The position numbers and the translations under genes are program-made. DNA of 64,000 nt from the human T2T-CHM13v2.0 reference genome, Homo sapiens, in assembly GCF_009914755.1 (NCBI RefSeq), contig NC_060928.1. One strand, 5' to 3'. The notes beneath the pieces were generated by a model. The model was not told where the DNA came from. It ran no database searches and was given only the letters and a program-made list of their open reading frames with translations. How positions within the stretch are numbered: position 1 is the first letter of the stretch; every line of letters starts with the position of its first letter. Shown here one piece after another: positions 28,059 to 41,945 of this stretch.

Positions 28059-30009
28059 CTGAATTTAAATTTGACATTTTAAAATTTTCATTTACCAATT
28101 AAATTAGAAGTATTTCCCAGTTGTTTTTAACAAAGTGAAAGATTTAACATGGTGCTAGAAATCTTAGTTTTGAATTTCAAACTATAAGTTTTTTTTATTA
28201 CAGAAGAAATTTTGGTGCCATGTGTTTGTGGTATCGAGTGAATAGAATACAAACATAACCAAAGATAACCAGTGTTAACCCAGGGCTCACTTGTTCACAC
28301 TTTAAATTTCCGGTTTCTTAAATAGATTAATTTTTGGCTCTAGAGTCCTATCCTAGCTGTTTGATTGCTTGATATGTAATTAAAACCAAACATGTCTAAA
28401 GCCGCACTCAATCCTCCTGAAACAATATCCTTACCTCCTTACTTATGTTAATTTTAGTGTTCTTCTTCCAGTCACTCAAATTTGAAAATGCTGTCATCTT
28501 TGACTTTTTCCTCTCCATTTGCCACAGCCATCCTATAAGGTCTCTGTAAAATCTTCAACTTCAACCGCCCTTTCAGATCTTGTTGCTTCCAGTCAAGTTT
28601 GAGCTGTGCCTCTCACATGGTAGAGTTTTCTAATTTGTTTCCTTATGAGGTATCTTCCCTTGTAAATCCATTTTTCACCATTGCCAAATTAATCTTAAGA
28701 TATTATCTGTAAATCCTCACCTCAAAAACCTCAACTTCAACCAAATAAAGGACATACTTACCTCTTCTTAATTCAGTAAGAGTTTCATTCAAGACCCTCT
28801 GTTGCTGGATTTTAAAATCTTTCAAGTCAAGAGCTGTGCCATTAATTTATTCATTTTTTAAAATTTAAAGTCAGAAATTATTTAAATACCATGCACTGTA
28901 CAGGTTGTTAGGGATATAGTGGTCCCTGTCCTAATTGATTTTTGTGGTCTATTTCCTTATCTTTGCATTCTGTTCTGCTTACAGAACAAAAGATTTGTTG
29001 CATTTACAGAAATACAGGATATTTTTTACATTTTTAATGTTTGCTTTTTATGAGAATGGAGAAGCAGTACAGAATATCTGGTATATTTCTAGAATTAAAG
29101 TCAAGGTTAGTAAAAATAGATCTCAAATCTTTTAGGGTAAATAACTGAAATTTTCCACCATCATACATTTTTAAGTGTTAGGGAATTTACATGTTGGTAG
29201 AATTATACTAATATTCAAATATTTTAAATCAAATTCTGATAGACCTAATTTGACAAAGTTTAAAAAGTATCCCTGAATTATTAAACTTTGGAGGGTGCTT
29301 CAAAATCATGCAATGCAACTTACTCTTTTTATAACTGAGGAAAAACAGAGAGGTGAGAGCTGCTGGGTTAGTATGGTAAAATTCTTGATTTTTTTAATGC
29401 AGTGCATATCACACACTTAAAACTTTAGAAATAGATTTATTAAAATTGATGAGCCATAAATACTGTTATCTAAAAAACTCTATGTGAAGAGAGATTGATG
29501 TAATTATGATTACTAATATAAACTAGTTACCAAATAGCCATGATTTAAGTTGAGTGAAGACATAGCTTTAAAAGCCACACTGTTGAAGTGAGCTCACCTT
29601 CAGTCTATCTTAATGACATTTCAGTGTTTCTATTGTAATACTGAATAGTGTCATCTTTTAAATTCACAGACAAGATTTGAGCAGTTTTGAAACAGAAGTT
29701 GCACATGGGTCCTTTAATTACATTTTGAAAAATGTATTCATAATTGACACATATTATCTATTTTAAATAATACGTGAGCTTTTGTATCTCAAGTTTAACC
29801 TGAAATAAAGCAAGGTTATAAAATTAGAGGTATAGAATATAATTTTGTAATTAGTTTGAAGAAAGTGTGTCCATTTGAAAAGACATCTGTTTAGCCATTG
29901 GATTTCAAGTGATAGAATTTTATGCCTTAAGAATGAATAGAAAAAAGAAATTCTTAGAATAACATTGTGATTTTTCTCCTAAGTTGAAAAAATACCGTAC
30001 GATTTTGTC

Positions 30010-30291
30010 AGCCAGGCAGCGTGGCTGTAATCCTTGGACTTTAGGGGGCCATGGCGGGTGGATCACTTGAGCTCAGGAATTCGAGACCAGCCTGGGCAAC
30101 ATGGCAAAACCCTGGCTCTACAAAAATTAGCCAGATGTGATGGTGCGTGCCTGTAGTCCCAGTTACCTGGGAGGCTGAGATGGAAGGACCCCCTGAGCTC
30201 GGGAGGTTGTGGATGCAGTGAGCTGAGATCGAGCTACTGCACTCTAGCCTGTGTGACAGAGTGATACCCTGTCTCAAAAAATATATATATA
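30010..30291 (+). mobile_element. AluJ-like
   Basis: Diverged dimer; TSD attttgtca. Confidence 0.9.
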
Positions 30292-30899
30292 TTTTGTCAC
30301 CAAGGTAAATGTGTCTGTAATTTTAAAATTAGATTCTTTATTTTATAATTTAAAAAATAGTATAAGTATATACTTTTATTATTGCTCTTATAATTGTTGG
30401 ATTTTATTATAGCTCTTATAATTGTTGAATAATTTATGTATTCATTAGAGAAATATTTATTGAGCACCTACTGTCTCCTAGGTACTATTCTAAGTGCTGG
30501 GATTACAGTGATAACCAAAACAAAGCCCCACTTAAGCTTACTTTGTAGTGAGGATAAAGACAATAAGCAAATAAACATCTAATATGCCAAGTGGTGGTAA
30601 CTGCTATGAAAAAAATTAGGAGGGTCAGCAGGCTTGTGAATGATGAGTCTAATTTACAGAGAGTAGTCAGTGAAGACCATTTTGATAATTTAATAATGTA
30701 ATGATTTTTAATACGTATTGATCGTTTATAAATAATTTTCCTGGGAAATACTTGGCATCAGAGCTGGACAAATTTTGGGGCAAAACAATTTTATATTGTT
30801 GGTGAAAGTTGTCGGAACAGAAAAAAAAGTGTTATTTAAGTGAATGCTGAATTTCATGCCATAAAGGCATTAATGTTTAAGCTTACTTCATATTTTTAT

Positions 30900-31900
<1,001 letters not shown>

Positions 31901-32100
31901 TGTCCATGATTTATAAACATGGAGAGAGGTGTGAAAGGCTATATGTACCAAGCTTGGCGTCAGCAATGATTACCATGGGAATGAGTGGAGGAGGATTGGC
32001 AAAATAAAGGTATCATTTTTCATTGCCAGATGTTTGCTGTCTCTGGCCCCTGCACACTCAATGCCTATAGCACTCTGGTCATTCCAACAACTAAAAATCT

Positions 32101-32127
32101 ACCACCACCACCACCACCACCACCACC
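32101..32127. repeat. (CCA)n microsatellite
   Basis: accaccaccaccaccaccaccaccacc. Confidence 0.9.
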
Positions 32128-34176
32128 TATTTTCCAGAAGCCTTTAGGAGCAGGTTGATGCTTCCCTTGTTGAGAACCAGCTACTTAGAGTAACTGAAGT
32201 GTTTACAAAGATGATAGTGCCTGAGCTAAACCTTGAAGGATGAAGTGTGTTTTTTAAACCAGAGTTTCTCTGGGAGGCAAACAGTGTTATAAAAGAGGGA
32301 ACACCATAATGTAGACTGCCTTGACCAATGAAGTGGTGTGTCTATGTTGGAAAATGGTTAGAAATAAAGTTGGATAGCTAGAGTGAAGTTAGAAGGATGT
32401 TGATCAGAAGGAGTCTGACAAAGGTGAGAGGAGAGGGGAAAGTGTCATTTCACTCTCTAATGCGTCCTGCACAGTACCGCCAAGTTAATTTCCTAAAACA
32501 TTGTCCTGTTCAACAGTCCATTCAATAATGTCTTTGCTGCTTGCTCAAGGCATTTTATCTCATCGTATTCATCTAACTTTATCTCTTACTACACCTTAAA
32601 ATTAATTTGGTATGGCTGGCTGATCAAACTGATTATTTCCCACTTCTTCCTTGTAGATATGCCCACTTCATGCTTTTATTAGAATCTTTTTCTGTAGAAA
32701 TCTATCATTCTACCTAAACAATGTTTTACTATTCTTAGCAGCCTTCTCCCTAATGAAACTGGCCCATACCACTCCATTGCCATCCTGATATCTCCTTTCT
32801 TTCTTACAGTTTGTATGGTTTTTCCCGTATTATTTAGCATGAAATCGTACTTGGCTTTTTATGCTTCTCATTCTTGTTTCTCTGAATAATTTGTATTAAG
32901 ATGGACACCTCACAATATTTTTGTAAGCCTCCAAAGTAGTTTTTGTTTTTGTTTTTTGGTCAGCTTAGATAGGCATTGCCTTTTGTATGGAATTAGTTGA
33001 TAAAGGAGTAAATACTGAGCACCCTGAAAACTCAAATTCTGCATTGATAGATCACACTTTAATATTGCAGCATTTTAATGTTTCTTATTTTACCTTATCA
33101 AATATTTTGTATTTGGTTCAATAGCTAGATTTAATTATTTTGGGGGTTAGGAACCAAGATATATATATCTCTGTGTCCCTGACAATGCCTAGTAGATTGC
33201 ATTGTTCACAATAACTACTCAGTATTTTTGAGTTTATTTGTATTTGCTTTATCAATTTGCCTTAACTGTAACCATGTTCAAACCATTGTTTGTTTTGCTA
33301 ACAACAGAGGGCACCATTAGGGCACTTGTACACCCAATAGTCCTATCCCAGTCCCTGGTAGCTTTTTTGAGCCGCACTTTTCCTTTTCCTAAGTAATGTC
33401 ATAGAAATTTGGATGTTATACTAACTGGCAGTGGCCCATTTCTACTTATAGAGAAATCCTGGCCTCAGTTTATTTGAAAAAGAGTATTTGTTACATTTTG
33501 ATCCTTTGTAGTTTTCAAACTTTTTATTCTCCTCATTATTCTTTATCCAAGTGAAATCTTACCCAGGATCTTACTGTATTAATTAGATCCATTTGTTTTC
33601 TGAAGGGAGAAGATAGAGGTGAAGGCAATAGTCTGGAGCCCCACCTTTGTACTCCTCTTTCCTCCTCATTCCCCATCCAAAGAGCACACCTGGAAAATCA
33701 TCATAACTCATCTAATTTTACAAATGCTTTTTTAAAAACTTGTTTTGTGGTATTTCACTTAGGGACTTAGTTTAGAAATAGAAACATTTTAGTTTTAAAG
33801 TGATTATTTTTAAGTACAAAGGGAAATGCTATAGAATACATTTATTGTTTCAGCAATGAAAGAGTTAATATACTAAGCAGCAGAGACTGAGATACTGCAA
33901 CGGGGATAGTGTTTTCTGTCTCTGTCATTTGTGGTTTAAGAAAAAGGGGGTGGTGTTCTGCATTTGAAAGGACTTTAATGAATGCTGTCAGTGTTTGTGA
34001 GACCTAATGGTCAGTATGGGAAAGGAGAGCCGGGAAAGTGGTCTAGCTGCTTCAGGATAGGTGGATGAGAGTTTGCTCTGATTGAACGGAATGTTCCACC
34101 GTGTTTCATCTTTATTCATTATCCTTTGTTCTTTAAAATCTGATATATTGGCATAAAAGTAATTGTACATATATAT

Positions 34177-34697
34177 ATGAATGTGATTTATTTTCCTTTA
34201 CATCTTTTTGTTGTGTACAGCAGGGCATATACTTCTCTTGTCTTGGTTGGATGCACAAATCTGTGTGCAGTGCTTTTTGCCCGTTGCCTAGACGATCACT
34301 TGGTTTCTCTGAGGATGTCTGGTTCTCGTAAAGAGTTTGATGTGAAACAGATTTTGAAAATCAGATGGAGGTGGTTTGGTCATCAAGCATCATCTCCTAA
34401 TTCTACAGTTGACAGCCAGCAGGGAGAATTTTGGAACCGAGGACAGACTGGAGCAAACGGTGGGAGAAAGTTTTTAGATCCATGTAGCCTACAATTGCCT
34501 TTGGCTTCAATTGGTTACCGAAGGTCCAGCCAACTGGATTTTCAGAATTCACCTTCTTGGCCAATGGCATCCACCTCTGAAGTCCCTGCATTTGAGTTTA
34601 CAGCAGAAGATTGTGGCGGTGCACATTGGCTGGATAGACCAGAAGTGGATGATGGCACTAGTGAAGAAGAAAATGAATCTGATTCCAGTTCATGCAG
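34177..34697 (+). CDS. KLHL5: KLHL5 N-terminal coding exon (ATG 34177 long form; ATG 34315 after internal acceptor at 34221)
   Basis: Encodes MNVIYFPLHL...MSGSRKEFDVKQILKIRWRWF...ESDSSSC. The EFDVKQILxxRWRWF motif is characteristic of the KLHL1/4/5 subfamily. Donor AG|gttgat at 34698, phase 2. Confidence 0.93.
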
Positions 34698-37016
34698 GTT
34701 GATTATTTTCTTACTGTTAGAAAAGGGGTGTGGGGGTATGGCTCTATAATGTTTTTAAATAATTTAGTATTTATTATTTAAAATCTGATTATATATGTAC
34801 ATCTGCATACATATATATAATATCTTGGTATGAACATGTGATACTTCTGCTAGGGTTTTTTTAATGTTCTAATAGTCTGTAAAATTACAAAGACAACAAA
34901 TAGCATTCATTTTGAAATATCTTGTGTTCTATATTTAGATCTGGCTCAGCTTTGAAAATAATATATAGTAGCAATTTCATGTATCATTGCCTGTGGTTTG
35001 CTTCATTCATTAACCTTCTATATTCAAATCAAAACTATAGAAGATATTTCTATAGTATGAAATTTTATGTGACATTTTAGTTTATAACAGATGATAGAGT
35101 CATTTTTTAATTTAATGAAAAGGAAAGGTTTTACAAAGAGATGCACATTATAGTCACCAATTTTTTGACACAATTGTAGTTGTCAATAATATTTTTCTTA
35201 TGGTTATTTCTCTTTGTCCTGTCTGTGTTACAGCTCTCCAGACTAATATAGAGAATACTAAGTAACATGTCTCTAAGATGACAGCTACTAATTCCTGTTA
35301 CCTTCACTTTCACTGAAATGTGTGCTATTTAGGGAAATGAAGGACATTCCTCCAGGAGAGTTTAAGGGAATGTAGAGGGGCTAGATGTGATTATCTGGTG
35401 AAAAGGGGACAGGAAGAAGGGGAAATCAGTTAGAAGAAAGAAAATAAGGAAAAAAATAGGTAATTTCATAGTGACTTTATCTACCTTTATCTTGGAATCT
35501 GCCTTTATCTTTGAAATGGATTTTCTTATTCATCAGTTTAAACTACAATAAGATTATATAACAACTTAGAGCATGAAAGTCATCTTTCTGATTAATCTTC
35601 ATTCGAAAATATTTCTAAATATTTAAAGGCACAAATAGCTTATCATTTGTCTAATTTGATTATTATATTTTTCTCTTAAAATTTCTGTGCAGCTTTTGAT
35701 AACACTTGTAATTTGTAAGTTGGTTATTAATGATGTAGGTGTCATATGGATTGAGACAAAATGAATTTATATATTTAAGTGTCTCTTACTTGAGGATATT
35801 TACCACCTTTTCCTCTTCTAACCTTAAGAATGTGGACTTGGAAGGATAAAAAATGTTTACTCTAGTCATCTGTCATCTTCTGTGTAATGGAGAGAGGGGA
35901 ATATCTGTATGTAGGTAAATAGTGTATTTAATTTAAATTTTTTTAATTAGTTCATGACTTGGCATTATCTTAAGGGAATAGAAGCCACTAATTTAATTTG
36001 GAGATCAATTGAGCTAATGTGGTTCATTGTTTGTATTTTCTTTGGAGACTTGTTGCCATAAAGAGAACAATTTATATAGTAAAAGATTCATCATTTTTGT
36101 GGAGAACCAAAGAGTAAATGTTTCATTTGAAAATCAATATATCAAGAATATTTTAACAAAATTAGAAAAAATAAAACATTCATTTACCAACATAAGTAAA
36201 TTCACATATAAAACTCTTAACATGTTATCTACTACTGGAGAAATTATAATGTGAATATAAAATTTTTATACATGTGTAATCTTGGAAAAATTATACACAC
36301 ATTGGTTGCTATAATTCCTTACAACAAAGGTAGTTTGCATGGCTAATGATTACTGAAATAAAATTAAGCTATTCTTTAGTATGCATACAGAAATATCTTG
36401 GTGGGCTATTCATTATGAAATAAAAAGATTATCCTTTTTTGACTGAGAGATTGCTATGTGCATTCTTCAAGAATTTTAAATTGACGTTTTTCATTTATAG
36501 GAGATATAAAAATAAAATGGCATTTTTAAAAATCTAAAATAAATGAAGTTGTTTAAAAAATGCTACTCAAGAAGACTCATCAAAGTAAGACGGGTGTGGA
36601 CAGTTTACATCTTCAGTGACCAAACTATTCCAAAAATAAAATTTCAAAAATAAAATGTACTGTGAGAAAATGTTTTTGATTTTTAGATATGAGGGGAAAT
36701 ATGTCAAAGGAATTTAATATTTTGGATGGTTTGAAATTTCAATCTTCTTATTGCAAATAAGAAAAAAACATTCAAGATTTTAGAAAAGTCCTTTGTGTGT
36801 ATATTCTTTTTCTCTATTTTTTTCTAGATTAAATAGATCTAATTTTTACATCTTCCTTCAACACCCTGGCTGAGTCTTTGACCTTTGTCATAAAGATACA
36901 TTTATGTGCCCTCAGCTTTTTGATTAAGTGAGCAGTCAGGCTTCTCTAAGTAGTTGTTCACCTACTGTAAACAAATCAAAGCCTGTCACTGTTAATGTCA
37001 CACTGACATTCATCAA

Positions 37017-37313
37017 TTTTTTTTTTTTTTTTTGAGACAGAGTCTCGCTCTGTTACCCAGGCTGGAGTGCAGTGGCGTGATCTCGGCTTACTGCAACCTC
37101 TGCCTCCCGTTCAAGCCATTCTCCTGCCTCAGCCTCCCAAGTATCTGGGACTACAGACATGTGCCACCACTCCCGGCTAATTTTTGTATTTTTAGTAGAG
37201 ATGCTGTTTCACCATGTTGGCCAGGCTGGTCTTGAACTCCTGACCTCAAGTGATCCGCCCACGTCCGCCTCCCAAAGTGCTGGGATTACAGGCGTGAGCC
37301 ACCACACCTGGCC
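37017..37313 (-). mobile_element. AluS
   Basis: Antisense dimer; TSD tcatcaattt. Confidence 0.95.
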
Positions 37314-38152
37314 TCATCAATTTTTTAAATATAACTTTGGAACAATTCTTTTTCTTATATAATATTTTGCAAATAATATATAGTAAATATATAGTAAACA
37401 TTCTGAGCATACTACAGATTGATATCTTAAAATGTTAAAGACATAATGAAGAAATGCATATGATATACTAATTACTCGTTTTAACCGTCATAATATTTAC
37501 ATGGATTTCAGAACTTAAACTGAAATTTTGAGTTATTAGAAAAAGGGGAAGACAGCTAAGTGGTCTTACATACTCAGAATCTCATTAACCATGGTGGATC
37601 TGGACAGTTTAAAGCAGGAATTAAGGGACAGCGTATGTTGGTCATGTTTTATCAATTGTATTCTAACAAGGAAAAATGTCTGTCTGAGTCTTAGACTTCT
37701 GGTAATTTCTACTGCCATCCACCTAAGTGATTTAAAAGTTTCTTGTCTTTTAACTTTGACTTTGCCTCTGTAGCCTAGCTACCTTTTCTCCATGACAGTC
37801 ATCTAAGTCATTACTTTGCTATTAAAATACAAACTTAGTCTTCTTATAACATGAGGAATTTTAGACCTTAAGTAACAGAGCTGTCACCTTTTATGTGAGC
37901 AATAGGATCCTAAGTCCTTAATTGAGGAGGAATTCATACCAGGGCTAGCAAAATCTATATGGCGGCCCACCATGTAACCATAGTATAAACATGATTTATA
38001 CTTCCCTTGATTTACTGACCTTGAAATTATGTAATTTTTGACATATTTTCAATTGGAGGAATTTTATTTCAAATTTCATTTATAAAGTTAGAGTTTAATA
38101 TCAGGCTGTTTTTTACTCCTTTTGCATACAATTTTACTGCACTTTACAAGTA

Positions 38153-38351
38153 CAGATGCCTCCTGACATAAAATTTTTCAACTTTACGATGATGGAAAAG
38201 CAACATGCATTCAGTACATTCCTCAACTTACAATGGGGTATGTCCCAATAAACCCACAATATGTTGAAAAAATATCCTAAGTTGAAAGCGCATTTTCTAT
38301 TTTTGATGGGTTTATCCAGACACAACACCATCATAAGTTAAGGAGCATCTG
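38153..38351. mobile_element. MER47-like Tigger MITE
   Basis: TA-cagatgcctcctgac...aacttacaatgggg...aataaaccc...aaggagcatctg; inverted termini. Confidence 0.75.
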
Positions 38352-38569
38352 TGTTAAAAAATAATCATTGCTGATACTAAGCAGTGCTTCCTAACTGTGA
38401 GGCACTGTTCTAAGCACTTTACTATATTAACTCATTTAGTCTTCACAACAAATTCTTGAGTTAGGTTGCTGCTATTATCAACCTAATTCTAATTTTATAG
38501 ATGAGTCAAGTGAGACACAGAAAAGCTAACTTGCTCAAGGTTAGTAAGTAAAATAGTTGCATTTTTTAA

Positions 38570-39095
38570 AAAGAAACTTTATTTTTTTAGAACCATTTTA
38601 CATTTACAGGAAAATTATAAAGATGATACACTAAGTTCCTATATACCCCATACCCAGGTTCCCCTGTTATTTATATCTCACATTAATATGGTGCATGGGT
38701 TATAGTAATGAACCAGTGGTGATACATTATTATTAACTAAAGTCCATACTTTATTCACATTTCTTTAGTTTCTTACCTAATGCCCTTTTTCTGTTCGAGG
38801 ATCCTATCCAAGATATCGCATTACATTAAATCATTATGTCTCCTTAGCCTCCTCTTGGCTGTGACAGTTTCCTAGATTTTACTTGCTTTTGATGACCTTG
38901 GCAGTTTTGGGAGTACTAATCAGGTGTTTTGTAGAATGCCTTACTCAGTTGAGATTTGTTTTCCCATAATTAGACTGAGGTTATGGGCTTTGGGGAGGAA
39001 TATCACAGAGATAAAGTGCCATTTTTTTCACATCATATCAAAGATACACACCATTAATCTGTCTTACCACTGTTGGTAGTGACCTTGATCACTTG
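38570..39095 (-). mobile_element. L1M 3' fragment
   Basis: tttacatttacaggaaaatt...tgatgaccttggcagttttgggagtact...ttagactgaggttatgg...aagtgccattt. Confidence 0.75.
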
Positions 39096-39332
39096 GAAAT
39101 AGTTGCATTTTTGAACTCAATTAAGTTGTAGATTTCATGCTCTTAACAAACACTGTACTATTAATATATTGCCTATATACTTGTGACTAATCACAGAGTT
39201 CAGCTGTAGCATATAGCTAATTATTCATTCTAACTAGTTTCACCTTCTTTCTTCAGTTAATTCTCTTCTCTTAGTTCTTGAGAATGCCAAGCTTGGCTAC
39301 GTTACAAGTATAATCTCTTGACTCACCCATAA

Positions 39333-39642
<310 letters not shown>

Positions 39643-40077
39643 CCATAACTCCTTATCCACAGTCTTCTACCCCATCTTACTGGTTGCTTGCCTCTCTGTC
39701 TTTCCACTGCAGATAGCCCAAACTCTTATTTTTTGGTCAGTTGATTTGCTACTCTTCAACTCATCCTGAAGGCATAGGTCCTCCTCCCCTCCCAACAAGA
39801 GGTTATCTGCATAATATCACCACTCCTCATGGGCATTCTCCTTTTTCTTGACCTTCTTTATGTTGTCTCTGCATCTTATTATTTGATCTAGTCTATTAAT
39901 TCTGGTTCAGTTTTAAATTAAATTCCTCTAATGAAAAAAAAAATGTGTTTCCAGGGATAGCAGAAGAAGTTTATAATGAACTTGTATCTGGAAAGGATAA
40001 TATTGCATTGTCTCCCCTCTCACATATATGCCCACATCTTATCATGGACTCCATTGAGAATGTGACATAAGCTATGT

Positions 40078-40095
40078 AACCTCTCCCCAGAAAAC

Positions 40096-40109
<14 letters not shown>
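40078..40109. repeat. (TG)n microsatellite
   Basis: About 16 uninterrupted TG units. Confidence 0.95.
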
Positions 40110-40132
<23 letters not shown>

Positions 40133-40549
40133 TATTTCATATAGGGTTCAAGGAGTTCATGAACCCTCTGAAGGCTATCTGTATGCTGCATCCATCAAAG
40201 TTCTTAGTTTTAAGCAACTGAAGTTGACTGGATGATTTAAACAGAAATAGGAAGTTATTGAATCATAATAGTTCCCAGAACTGCTGGGAAGGCTGAAGAA
40301 TTGGCATACGAAAAGGATAGGTCCTACAGTTACACAGTTGACCTTTTAAACTCCAAATTGTTTAAGCAGAAAACCTGTCTTTATGCCATTTATTGCTCAC
40401 ATTTTATTTTACCTGTGTTTCACTTGGAACTAGAGAGTGAAGTTTTAAGTGTTTAGAATCATATATTAGGCATGAAAACAATGGTATGTACATACACACA
40501 CCTCATAGTTAACTACGTAACTACATAACTTGCTCATTTAACTTTAGGA

Positions 40550-41000
40550 AGTATATTAGTAAGGCATAGGCTAAAATGATATAACAAAGAGATTCAGAAA
40601 CACAGTGGCTTAAATTAGATGGAAGTTTGTTTTTCTATCACCTCATAGGTGGGCAAGTGGCCCAGGGCGGACAGGTAGCTCTGCTTCACAAGTTCATTCA
40701 GAGACCCAGGTTCCTGTTATATTGTTTCTCCTTCCTGTAGGATATTATCTTTTCTCCATGATTGAAGCTTACTCAGCTGTCCCTCAGCATGCCAACCTGT
40801 AGGAAGGACCGAAGAGAGGAAGAGAAAACATTAAGCAAGCGACACAAGTTGCACATATCAGTTCTGCACATATTCATTGGTCACATGGCCACAACTGGTT
40901 ACAAAGGAGGCTCAGAAATACAGTCTTACCCTAGGTAGCCATGTCTCCAGCTAAAAGTCATTTACTGTGGTAGATATAAAGAATGGATCTTGGGTTATAA
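40550..41000. mobile_element. MaLR (MLT1-like) LTR
   Basis: cagtggcttaaa...gacccaggttcct...cattggtcacatggccacaact...aaaggaggct. Confidence 0.7.
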
Positions 41001-41090
41001 TCAACAGAGTGCAGGAAGTGAAGATGGCTGAATAGAACTCTTCAGAGTTCTTTGGATCTAATTTTTAAGTGAATTTTTCCCTATTAACAT

Positions 41091-41140
<50 letters not shown>

Positions 41141-41183
41141 TATTTATACTATTTTTATACTTTTTTACCATATATATATATAT
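41091..41183. repeat. (TA)n(CA)n compound microsatellite
   Basis: tatatatatatatatata followed by cacacaca..., and a second TA run. Confidence 0.92.
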
Positions 41184-41399
41184 GAACCATAGAGCCATCA
41201 GAAAATAGAGATAAGTAAAAATGAAAAAAGTAAAAATCATCAACTACCTAGCCACCTCAAAATACCAACTGTTAATTTGGGGAAGTGTCCTTCTGGTATA
41301 TTTTCTATACGTGTATAATGTGTTTTTAAAATAAAAATCTCAATCTTATTGTACATATTGTTTTGTAGCCTGCTTTTTTTTGCCCTAATGTAAGTTTTT

Positions 41400-41945
41400 A
41401 AATTAGGACTCGTGGTTGAAAATGACAGAAGCCCAAATCAAACTGACTTAAACAAAAACTAGAAATTTTCGGTTCACATAAATAAAAAGTCCAAGGATAG
41501 AGTCTAGCTTTAGACATGGCTGGATCCAAATGATCAAATAACACCAATAATCTGTTTTTCTCCATTTCTAAATTCTGTTTTCCTTTGTGATGGCATTATC
41601 TCAGGTAGTCTCTCAGTGCAGTAGCGGAAAGGCCATTAACAGCTCCAAGTTTACTTTTTGTCAGCTTAGCAAGCTCAATGGAAAGAAAGTGACACTTTTC
41701 CAAGAGTGTGATCAAACATCATGAAATTGACTCTGATTGGTCTTGTTTGGGTCCTGTGCCCACGTGAACCAACTGTTATTGCCAGGAGCTACAATACTCT
41801 TATTGGCCAGGCCTCATTGGCTTCTACACCTCTGACCATTCCCTGTAGACTAAGGCAGGGAATGTGTGGTTTCCCAAAAAGTAGAGGTGGGTTTTATTAC
41901 CGTAAGAAGGAATGCTGGATAGGAAAAAACAATGTCCACTACACA
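41400..41945. mobile_element. MaLR (MLT1-like) LTR
   Basis: gacagaagcccaaatcaaactgacttaaacaa...ctttagacatggctggatcca...ctctgattgg...gtccactaca. Confidence 0.7.

Noticed and set aside
34698-34749. C-terminal part of the 190-aa ORF (LIIFLLLEKGCGGMAL)
   Set aside because: Read-through past the donor at 34698; the frame continues properly in exon 47582.
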